Assembly (NCBI GenBank): GCA_965219545.1
Contig: CBDCNX010000002.1
Span: forward strand, 20,761-84,760
Reading direction: 5' to 3'
Origin: Bdellovibrionales bacterium
Lineage (GTDB): Bacteria > Bdellovibrionota > Bdellovibrionia > Bdellovibrionales > JAGQZY01
Length of the DNA stretch: 64,000 nt
Shown: piece by piece, positions 54,777-63,018 of the stretch
How positions within the stretch are numbered: the stretch's first letter is position 1
Layout: each line of letters starts with the position of its first letter
Translations under genes and position numbers: made by a program
Notes under the pieces: model-generated
What the model saw: only the letters and a program-made list of their open reading frames with translations
Database searches by the model: none
What the model was told of the DNA's origin: nothing

Positions 54777-56681
54777 ATTGCGGTAGGAATTCCCGTTACC
54801 GGGAACCCCCCGCACAGTTCCGGACTTGGTCGTTAAACCATCCGGCTCCTACCTTAGGTTATATCGTTCAGCAAACCTTTGCTCTGGCCACGGGTGCAGG
54901 ATAATTGGTTTTGGCCATAGACAATCCGTTACCCTTTGGAGCTTATCCCAGGGAAACTTTCCCCTCTGAGACCTTCTCCTTAAGGCTTTCAGCCACATTC
55001 TCCTGAGTCTGAATACAAACTTAGCGAGGTATCGTGAACTTCCCGGAACGGCATAGTACCTTAACCAACCATTGAGGACTTTGGCTAACCATTTACCACA
55101 GTCCCACAGGTCCATTATGTAAACTCTCTTTCTCAATATCTCCCCTATCCTCTTCAGAGTGAGGGACATCCTACGAGCTATTGGCTTACGCCCCAGCCTG
55201 AACCATCCATTCCTCGACTTCACACAAAAGTGTGTAAAACCAAGAAAATCGAAAGTCTCTGGCTTGCCCTGACTTTTGCGGTTCCTCTCGGCAACCGCAA
55301 AACGACCAAATTCGATGAGCCGTGTCTTATCAGGGTGTAGCTCCAAAGAGTACTCCTTGAACCTTTTCCTGAGGTCCCTGAGAAAGCTCTGTGCTTCCCA
55401 TTTATGTTGGAACCCCGCTACCCAATCATCGGCGTAACGAACTAGGATTACATCACCCTTGGCTTGCTTTCGCCACTGTTGAAGCCACATATCCAGCACA
55501 TAGTGAAGGTATATGTTGGACAGGACAGGGGAGATAATGGCACCTTGAACGGTACCGACTCCACTGTCTGCCCAGACTCCATCCTCTATGACTCCGGCTT
55601 TGAGCCAACGATGGATGAGGCGGACTACCCTCTTATCCCCGATTCTCTTCTCCAGAAACTTCACAAGTTTCTTTCGGTCAACCGAGTCGAAATAGGCCCG
55701 AATGTCCGCATCCAATATCCAGTTGATCTTCCGATGTTTGATTCCGTAAGCCAAAGCATCCAGGGCTGGATGTGCCCCTCTGCCCGGACGGAAACCGTAG
55801 CTAAAACCGAGGAATAATTCCTCGTATATGGGAGTAAGGATTCTATCCAACACGGCTTTCTGGACTATTTTGTCTTCCAAAACCATAACACCAAGAGGGC
55901 GTGTCCCACCATCTGGCTTGGGTATGTTCACCCGCCGGATGGGGTGCCCTCGATAAGCTCCTCTATGGATTCTCTCATAGAGGGCCTGGAGGTTATCCCA
56001 CAGGTTCTCCTCGTAGGAGTACCACGTCTGTCGATCAACTCCGACTGCCGCCGTACGCCTTAACTCCATGAAGGCCACATACAGTGCCTCCACACAGACA
56101 TGATGGAGAAGTGCTGTGAGTGGTTCCTTAACTCTCGCTGCTGCTGTACGAACTCTTTGAGTCGCCTGTTCCACCTGCTTCCGACACTGAGTCCGGTCGA
56201 TGGTTTGTCTCAATGAGTTCCCTTCGGTCAACCCGCTTGGCTCCACCGCCTCCGCAGGAGTCGGGACTCCTTTGTTCGGTGGCTTCATCGCTACTATCAG
56301 GTTGTCTGACTTCTTTATTCCTGACATTGGTTTGGATACTCCTTTCCTTTGTTGGCCCAACACGCTCTTGGGCATTTAATAAAGACCTCCCAGGGTCCCG
56401 ACCACAAACTTACATGCATGCCTGAGTTCTTCGACGACGTGGAGTCAGTCCCTTCTCACCCTATCGAAGGGGTCTGTATTGCCTTCAACCTACTTGAGGG
56501 CCTCAGCACTCCAGATTTTAAAATTTTCGACGCTCAATAGCTCTGCCTACATACACCCCTGTCAACACTTTGCCCCACTCCTTACGGAGTGCAGCACATG
56601 ACTCGGGGACAAACATGAGTGGTTAACTCCTTGTCTCATCGGACTTTCACCAACTGTTTGTCGCCAGTTCGCCTGGCATAC
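54777..56681 (-). mobile_element. group II intron (1905 nt) inserted in the tnpB/tnpC overlap of IS66 copy 2
   Basis: The boundaries follow from comparison with uninterrupted copy 1 (..AAGTATTTG|CCAGAGGG..). The 3' end carries a domain V-like hairpin (AGCCGGATGGTT-TAAC-GACCAAGTCCGG) and a domain VI-like helix with a bulged A (GCGG..GGTTCCCG-GTAA-CGGGAATTCCT-A-CCGC), ending in ..AAT. The 5' end reads GTATG. Confidence 0.8.
54849..56375 (-). CDS. group II intron reverse transcriptase/maturase
   Basis: RT motifs: PKPDGGTRPLGV, GFRPGR, DADIRAYFDSV, GTVQGAIISPVLSNIYL, LVRYADDWV. C-terminal maturase (X) region: GWLRYY. The true start may be an internal Met. Confidence 0.9.
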   Translation of the reverse strand: MPKSVLGQQRKGVSKPMSGIKKSDNLIVAMKPPNKGVPTPAEAVEPSGLTEGNSLRQTIDRTQCRKQVEQATQRVRTAAARVKEPLTALLHHVCVEALYVAFMELRRTAAVGVDRQTWYSYEENLWDNLQALYERIHRGAYRGHPIRRVNIPKPDGGTRPLGVMVLEDKIVQKAVLDRILTPIYEELFLGFSYGFRPGRGAHPALDALAYGIKHRKINWILDADIRAYFDSVDRKKLVKFLEKRIGDKRVVRLIHRWLKAGVIEDGVWADSGVGTVQGAIISPVLSNIYLHYVLDMWLQQWRKQAKGDVILVRYADDWVAGFQHKWEAQSFLRDLRKRFKEYSLELHPDKTRLIEFGRFAVAERNRKSQGKPETFDFLGFTHFCVKSRNGWFRLGRKPIARRMSLTLKRIGEILRKRVYIMDLWDCGKWLAKVLNGWLRYYAVPGSSRYLAKFVFRLRRMWLKALRRRSQRGKFPWDKLQRVTDCLWPKPIILHPWPEQRFAERYNLR

Positions 56682-56999
56682 CAAATACTTTCTCAATACT
56701 GAACCATGCAGCAATAACTCAAGCTCCCAATGACTGATCTCAACTCTTCCATCCAATTCCATCACATTCATAAATCCTCTTTTCTTCTCCATTCGCTTTG
56801 TAAATAAAACAAGACCCGAACCATCAAAACGCAAAACTTTCAACCTTCTCCTGTTGTTGCCAAGAAACAAAAACAAGTCCCCGACATCAAGACAGTGGCC
56901 CATTTGTTGAGTAACCAGATAACTCAGACGTTCAAAAGCCCATCGCATATCAATGGGGTTTTGGTAGACATAGACTCTGGTGGAATCCGGGAACTTCAC
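56682..56999 (-). CDS. tnpB: IS66 TnpB, exon 1 (3' end interrupted by the intron)
   Basis: Apart from one K-to-R substitution next to the junction (..SVLRKYL), it is identical to copy 1 through that point. The track ORF 56562..56999 then reads into the intron. Confidence 0.8.
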
Positions 57000-57346
57000 A
57001 GCAGACCTTTTTTGAGAAGTTCACAGAGCTGTGGGAAACAAAGCCCTTTGATTTGAAAACCTGTTCTTGAGATCAGGGTGAGGGGGGAGGAGGACCGGAA
57101 AAGTGGGTTGACTGTGATTTGTTTGAATTGTTGTTTCTCTTTCCTTGTTTTTTGGGTTTTTCTTTGCCAGTTTCTGATCACCTGGTCGTTGATCCCCGTG
57201 GCTTTGCTAAGATCCAGGACATTCTTCCCATTGGAAAGCTCTTTAACAACGATTTGTTTAAAACTTCTTGGCCAGGGAATACGGGGACGGTCTCTAAACT
57301 CAGAACGAATCCTATCACTTAACTCTTTTAGTTCTTCAACTTTCAT
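56996..57346 (-). CDS. tnpA: IS66 TnpA (full-length form)
   Basis: MKVEELKEL... ending ..ELLKKGLL. Its TGA overlaps the tnpB GTG (GTGA). Confidence 0.75.
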   Translation of the reverse strand: MKVEELKELSDRIRSEFRDRPRIPWPRSFKQIVVKELSNGKNVLDLSKATGINDQVIRNWQRKTQKTRKEKQQFKQITVNPLFRSSSPLTLISRTGFQIKGLCFPQLCELLKKGLL

Positions 57347-57509
57347 GAACTCCGAATAGCAAATAAATAAAATAAATAAAAGGTCGTGCAAAAGTTGGGG
57401 TTACGAAGAAAACATCCCCACCCCTTTGCAATACGCAAACTGAAAAGCGTGACACTTACCGTACTTTTGACACAAGTAGGAACATTCTAAATTAAATAGG
57501 AAATTTCAA

Positions 57510-59045
57510 TTAGAAAAATTTATTAAAATAGACATGTGCCATATTGTTATAATTTTTTATAAGTTTTGGTAACCAGGATTGATCCACTCTATTCATTGAG
57601 AGAATTTCATTATGGGAAAAACCAAGATTTTGAACACGACTGTATCCATGGTATGTGGCTATTAAACGGGTTTTCCATTTTGATGACCCTTGAAAGTTTT
57701 CAATGATCTCTATGGCATCCTGGTGTGTCCAGGAATCATTTTTCCACGAGCAATGAAATTGATCATCTTTCTTTTCAACCAAAACTTCATAACCATAGGA
57801 CTCTGGAGATTTCTGTATCTCGCTAAAATCAATGGTATAAGCTTTTTGTTCATCATATGAACCAATAAAAAGCGGTGTAACTTCCCAACCATGCAACCAT
57901 CTTTGCGTAGACAGCCACTCCAACGTCATACGAGCATCATCTGGAGTATCACCGGGAAGACCAATAATAAACCCACTTCCCATTACAACATCGTCTTTCC
58001 AAACAGACTTACATACATCCAATAACTGTTCCACTTTTTCAACCTGTGTGTTTTTTCCTATATACTGACCTACTTTTGAATTAACGCTCTCAATTCCCCA
58101 CTGGACTGCCTTTGCCCCACTTTCATGAATCATATGAACCATCTCAGGATATTTTCCAATTAACTCCAATCGTCCAAAACCTGTCCAGGAGGGCTTAAAA
58201 GGTAAAGAGGTAAATACTTTCCAAATCATATTCATTTTATTCATATTTTCGTTAACAATAAAATCAGTTATCATATAATCTTTGACTTTAAAAGTTTCCC
58301 AAAGTTCAATAAGTTGCTCTCTCAGGCTAGTTTCATTTTTAATCCAGGAATTCATTTTTCTTTTACGATAATCACAAAATGAACACCTAAAAGGACACCC
58401 TCTAGAGATTTCCAGAGGCACAATTTCGTTTGGAAAGAGAAAATCATCTTCAGACCAATGAATTTTACTCTTACTGAATTTATCCTCACTTATACGACCA
58501 TAATCAAGTTCTGATCTGATTCTCTTTGGTAACTTAACATCTTGAGAGAGTTGACCAACAATTTTTACAATCGAAATATCAGCCATGCCACCAATCCATA
58601 AATCAACAAAAGGGTATTTTTTTTGCAGAGATCTCTTTTGGGCGACTTTTTGACCTCCAACCAAAATTTTAATTTTTGGTTGCTGTTTGCGGGCAAAGTC
58701 AATCCATGAACTCATAACTTCAGGTGATTGTACAAAATAAGTATTCCAGGAGCTGTGTTTTCTTGTCCTATGATCCTCAGAATACTGTTCTTCCCAGTTT
58801 TTTGGAAGAAGCTGACTCATATGAGTGCTTGAAAAACCCAAAAACACAGTCTTTCCGGAGACATACTTTTTTATAACATTTCTCCACATCGTCTCATCAA
58901 AATGACTAAAAAAGTCCACAACCAAAATATCATACCCGTTGACTCGAAGTTGAGAGGCTATAGTATAAGCTCCGGCATCCCTTCCCCACCCTATTGAGCC
59001 GTTACACTCAGTGAATATAATTCCATGGTATTCTTTATCAGACAT
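57510..59045 (-). CDS. B12-binding-domain radical SAM protein
   Basis: CxxxCxxC cluster in EISRGCPFRCSFCDY. An N-terminal Rossmann-like B12-binding-type domain precedes it. The start at MSDKEY overlaps the upstream stop (ATGTCTGA). Confidence 0.8.
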   Translation of the reverse strand: MSDKEYHGIIFTECNGSIGWGRDAGAYTIASQLRVNGYDILVVDFFSHFDETMWRNVIKKYVSGKTVFLGFSSTHMSQLLPKNWEEQYSEDHRTRKHSSWNTYFVQSPEVMSSWIDFARKQQPKIKILVGGQKVAQKRSLQKKYPFVDLWIGGMADISIVKIVGQLSQDVKLPKRIRSELDYGRISEDKFSKSKIHWSEDDFLFPNEIVPLEISRGCPFRCSFCDYRKRKMNSWIKNETSLREQLIELWETFKVKDYMITDFIVNENMNKMNMIWKVFTSLPFKPSWTGFGRLELIGKYPEMVHMIHESGAKAVQWGIESVNSKVGQYIGKNTQVEKVEQLLDVCKSVWKDDVVMGSGFIIGLPGDTPDDARMTLEWLSTQRWLHGWEVTPLFIGSYDEQKAYTIDFSEIQKSPESYGYEVLVEKKDDQFHCSWKNDSWTHQDAIEIIENFQGSSKWKTRLIATYHGYSRVQNLGFSHNEILSMNRVDQSWLPKLIKNYNNMAHVYFNKFF

Positions 59046-59796
59046 TAAGAGCCTTTTTAACTTTCCACAACCTATAACCGGGTATTTGAGGATATTCATG
59101 ATGGAGTTTGTGCAACTCGTGTCCATGATTTAAAAACCTATCCAAAAAAGTTGTACTATTTCTTGTAAGAATACCATTTTTTGAATAATGGTCCTGAATT
59201 TCACTGAGATAATGAATAAAACTCGTTACAAATACATAGGGAACAATCCAAAATATCACCAGATCCCAAACATAGCCAAAAATATTAAAAGCCAGAAAAA
59301 CAAATAACCAATACAATACCAATTTCCAACTAAAATGAATTTCCCGCTTTAGATATTGCACCAAAGCATACCCAAGAAAAGGTCTTATAAAAATTCTATA
59401 GAAAGACTTACGGCTTTCAAGAAGACCCCAATCTCTATACTTTATAACCAAAGGATCCTTCTCTGTTGCAAAATATCTGTGATGCATAAAATGCTCATTA
59501 CGGTATCTGGAAAATGATTTAAAAAATAAAAATGATATGAAAACTCCCAAATAATTATTCCATCTTTTATTTGAAAACAAATTTCCATGGGCCAGGTCAT
59601 GAAGATAGCTATCACTAAGACCAAACTGTTTAATCCCAATAAGCAATACACATGAGATCTTTACTACTGAAGAATCAAATAAAGTTCCAATTCTGATCAA
59701 AATTAAAATCCATAACATTTGTGAAAATAACAAATAGGCTGTCATCAATGAGGATGGTCTAAATCTAAGGTCTACAAATTGCGTCTGAGTTCTCAT
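59038..59796 (-). CDS. membrane di-iron fatty-acid-desaturase/hydroxylase-family protein
   Basis: Three His boxes: HDLAHG, HFMHHRY, HELHKLHHEYP. Several TM segments. Confidence 0.75.
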   Translation of the reverse strand: MRTQTQFVDLRFRPSSLMTAYLLFSQMLWILILIRIGTLFDSSVVKISCVLLIGIKQFGLSDSYLHDLAHGNLFSNKRWNNYLGVFISFLFFKSFSRYRNEHFMHHRYFATEKDPLVIKYRDWGLLESRKSFYRIFIRPFLGYALVQYLKREIHFSWKLVLYWLFVFLAFNIFGYVWDLVIFWIVPYVFVTSFIHYLSEIQDHYSKNGILTRNSTTFLDRFLNHGHELHKLHHEYPQIPGYRLWKVKKALNV

Positions 59797-59857
59797 GAAT
59801 TTCTCTACGGAAATGTCACGAAAAATAAACAATTTTTAGTAGACTGTGTTTTTAAGC

Positions 59858-60796
59858 TCATAAATATCTTTCATATTCTTTACTATCCATATTACTATTT
59901 AAGAAAATTTTTTTTATTTGATCTTTATATTCCGTTTTAATTATCTGTTGAGCACCACCAAATTTTCTTTCAAGTTGCCTTCGATACATTTTATCATATT
60001 TTTGCAGTTTTTCAAATCCATTATACACCGGTCGTCTTGGAAGAGAAAAGTGCTTCGAATAAAGTTCATGTTTATACTTAACTGTGGATATGTGTCTCAA
60101 TTTTCTGGAATTTTTCGCCCAATAACGGGTTTCCGGATCAATAAGATGACTGAGCTTTAACTCAGGAGTGTACTTAAAAAATTCAGGGGCACCATCCCGT
60201 TTTCTGGATATTAAAAACCTGCTGAACAACCTGTGTTTTTCGTTATCTGAATCATAGACAAAGTCTGTACCGATTTCCCTCTGTAAAAACAATTCCCCAA
60301 GCCCTATAATCGGAAAACCATCTATTTGGTCCATGGCCCATACAGGAACCAGAAATTGCGGGCTAACTAACTGACAGAGGTCCCCATAAACAAACAATTC
60401 ATTTTCCAAAAAATGCAGAATGTCAAGTTCCAGAAGTTCCATTTTAATATTGTAAGTCTCACAATATTCAACAGCCCAACGTATATCGTGAAGGTTATAA
60501 TTTTTCATTTTGACAATCACAGCGGACACGGGGATTCCTGCCAAACGAAAACTCTCCATGACAACATTACTGTCCCAACCTCCACTAAATAAAACTTTTA
60601 TTGGTAATCCAGTTTGTTCACGAATGACTTTTGCAGTATGAATACACTCCTCTTTCCAGGAAAACGGCAAACGAGAAATTGGACCATACTCAAGAAACCA
60701 CTCATCCTCTTTCTTTTTTCGGGTCACAAAAGCATTTTTATTGTAACCAAAAATAAGATGATTTTTATAAGTTATTTTTGGAATTTTTTCTGTCAT
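59858..60796 (-). CDS. PP-loop (adenine nucleotide alpha-hydrolase) family ATP pyrophosphatase
   Basis: VLFSGGWDSNVV matches the SGGxDS PP-loop. No further subfamily assignment is possible by eye. Confidence 0.55.
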   Translation of the reverse strand: MTEKIPKITYKNHLIFGYNKNAFVTRKKKEDEWFLEYGPISRLPFSWKEECIHTAKVIREQTGLPIKVLFSGGWDSNVVMESFRLAGIPVSAVIVKMKNYNLHDIRWAVEYCETYNIKMELLELDILHFLENELFVYGDLCQLVSPQFLVPVWAMDQIDGFPIIGLGELFLQREIGTDFVYDSDNEKHRLFSRFLISRKRDGAPEFFKYTPELKLSHLIDPETRYWAKNSRKLRHISTVKYKHELYSKHFSLPRRPVYNGFEKLQKYDKMYRRQLERKFGGAQQIIKTEYKDQIKKIFLNSNMDSKEYERYL

Positions 60797-61010
60797 AAAA
60801 CCATATTCATGGAATTTTTCAAAACCTGTTTAAGAAGTATTCTTAAACATTAATTTTTGTAAACATAAACGATGGAGTTCCCATCAGCCATTTTGTTCTT
60901 GACTCTCAATTTGATCAGACAATTCTAAACAAGAGTCATTTAAAACCTCCATGCGTAAAGCACTCTTTACCATTAATTCTTTGAGACAATAATTTTTTAT
61001 GACATGAGAC

Positions 61011-61440
61011 GGCGTTGTTGCACATAGAGGTTTTCATTTTTGACGAAAGTCCTGTAGTTTTGTGATTTATTGATAAAAAAAGACACTTTCCCGTAACCTA
61101 AAATCATAAGTTCCAAAGCAAGGATGGTTCAAGGAGTTTTTATGGGAAAGCATCTTAAAAAGATTAACTGGAAAACCTATCAACAAGGAACTCATTAAAC
61201 GGGGCTCCATCACTTTTTGGTTCTCAGAAGATGTAAAAAGTGATTGGTTGGCAAATTCTGATGGTGGCCGGAGCTTTCAACCCGTCTACTCAGACACAGC
61301 TATTGAAGTTATTTCCCTGATCCGTTTCCACTTTGGCCTGACTCTTCGCTCAGCCCAGGGATTTACGGAAAGTCTCTTGGAACTCATGGGACTGTCTATG
61401 AGGGTTCCTGATGACTCCACTCTGAGCCGTCGTTTGGATC
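61011..61440 (+). pseudogene. decayed, divergent IS5/IS903-like element (left end plus 5' third of the transposase)
   Basis: IRL GGCGTTGTTGCACATA at 61011. The tnp start MGKHLKKINW is followed by a frameshift. ORF 61248.. matches ..GGRSFQPVYSDTAIEVISLIRFHFGLTLRSAQGFTESLL...STLSRRL, then homology ends. Confidence 0.75.
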
Positions 61441-61902
61441 AAGCATCAAACGGCTCAACTTCCCACCGAACACTGACTGGCATGAGTCTCTGGGGGGTGG
61501 AATGCTTGGGAATAGGATTTGTGATCGTCTTCTTAACAATTTCACAATCTTAAATTATCGGGAGAATCTTACAGGGAAAAGGCCGGAAAGTTGACTCAAG
61601 ACGGCCACTATGAGAAACTTAAAAAATAGTGTCGCTTATAGGACTCAGTGGCCGCCTTCAAACGAAACAATGGCCGGATAGACCGAAATAGGCACCTTAG
61701 AGAATCAAGTCCTGAAAAAATCTCATTCAGTCTTATCTTAATTTTATAAATATTCTCCTGATAGAGTCTATGGTTTTGAGTGGTTCCAGCCTTATGGATG
61801 GAAAAAGAACTGGCTACAGAGACCACTTGTTTAAGCCGACTCTCTTAATGAAGAAGTTCAGCAGGATCTATCAACAAAAGTTCCATTTTTCATCAGTCAT
61901 TA

Positions 61903-62997
61903 TCAATGAACTTTTTTATAAAATTGATAAAATATTGAATTTTTACCAAAATACTCAGCCAGTTTTTCTCCACTCACCTCATTTTTTAATATCTTTTGAA
62001 ATAAAGAACTTTTAAATTTCTTGTTGTATTTCTCCATTAATTCTTCCAACTCTTTTCCCTTAAACATACGATGATGACTGTTAATACTAAAAAAATAGAA
62101 ACCCAGTACATAGTTTTTAACAATTTTATCCATATCAAGACTGGAAAACATTTCTTTTGTTCCATTTCTTAAAAGAAAAATTTTGAAAATTATAAACCAG
62201 GATTTTTGATTTTCACCAAGCATAATTCCAAATCTCTCTAAATTTTCATTTTTGATTTCCTTACCTTGTAAAAAATCACTATAAAGATATCCAAATTTAT
62301 GCCACCCCCACTTTTCCTGATTTTTTTCAAAACAAGTTTTTGTTTTTTCATATTGATTTTTCACGAGAAATAAAAAACATTCTCTGTATTTAAACCACCC
62401 TTCATTACCTAATTCTTTTTTATGTTCCTCTATTTTTTTTAATATATACTGATTCAGTCCATATTTATAAGCTAATGAAAAAATTTCTTTAATATTTTCC
62501 TTATTGTCACTGATAAGTTTATCAAAAATTTCCGTGAGAAAAGAGCTTTTAGCAATTTCCGGGGAATAATTGCGAAAATGCAGGAGATATTCATTTAACA
62601 TTTCAGCTCTTATATCTTTATCAAGGATTTCAGAATTTTTGATTTTTGGCAGGGATTTAAGGAGAAAAATACACTGACCTCTTCTACTTCTACAAAAACG
62701 AATAGCTGACGATAAAATTTTTCTTTCAATATCAACTTCTTTCCTATCACTTGTCCTGTTTAAAAGAGAAATAATAAAGTCTATTTTTTCCTCATCATTG
62801 TCGATTTTGACTCTAAGGTAAGTGTTAATCGTATCCTCTATTTTTAAATCCATTCTCCTCCTGGAAATAAACTGAAGTCGATGTTTTAAAGTTTTTTCCT
62901 GAACTTCATTTGGTTTTTTATCTATTTCTTTAAAAAAAGCTTCTTCTTCCGCAAAACAGGAATTAAAAAAGAAAAAGATCAGCCACAACATAAACAT
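61903..62997 (-). CDS. secreted alpha-helical hypothetical protein
   Basis: Signal-like MFMLWLIFFFFNSCFA. The first 44 codons of the track ORF (to 63129) are encoded by, or read across the junction with, the adjacent IS, so the start is placed at 62997. Confidence 0.5.
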   Translation of the reverse strand: MFMLWLIFFFFNSCFAEEEAFFKEIDKKPNEVQEKTLKHRLQFISRRRMDLKIEDTINTYLRVKIDNDEEKIDFIISLLNRTSDRKEVDIERKILSSAIRFCRSRRGQCIFLLKSLPKIKNSEILDKDIRAEMLNEYLLHFRNYSPEIAKSSFLTEIFDKLISDNKENIKEIFSLAYKYGLNQYILKKIEEHKKELGNEGWFKYRECFLFLVKNQYEKTKTCFEKNQEKWGWHKFGYLYSDFLQGKEIKNENLERFGIMLGENQKSWFIIFKIFLLRNGTKEMFSSLDMDKIVKNYVLGFYFFSINSHHRMFKGKELEELMEKYNKKFKSSLFQKILKNEVSGEKLAEYFGKNSIFYQFYKKVH

Positions 62998-63018
62998 AAT
63001 TTTAACATACAAAACTAT

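Larger units (their letters stand above)
53285..57404 (-). mobile_element. IS66-family insertion sequence, copy 2 (carries a group II intron)
   Basis: Same termini as copy 1. 8-bp duplication GAAGAAAA at 53277-53284 and 57405-57412. Confidence 0.9.

Noticed and set aside
54849-56375. The reverse transcriptase as a possible retron, DGR or defence-associated RT
   Set aside because: The ORF lies inside an insert with exact exon boundaries and domain V/VI-like structures. It carries a YADD motif plus a maturase-type C-terminus, so a group II intron explains it fully.
56562-56681. C-terminal tail (VCQANWRQTVGESPMRQG...) of the 145-aa TnpB ORF in IS66 copy 2
   Set aside because: It is read-through into the group II intron 5' region. 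Copy 1 shows that the authentic TnpB continues ..KYLPEGRRVF..
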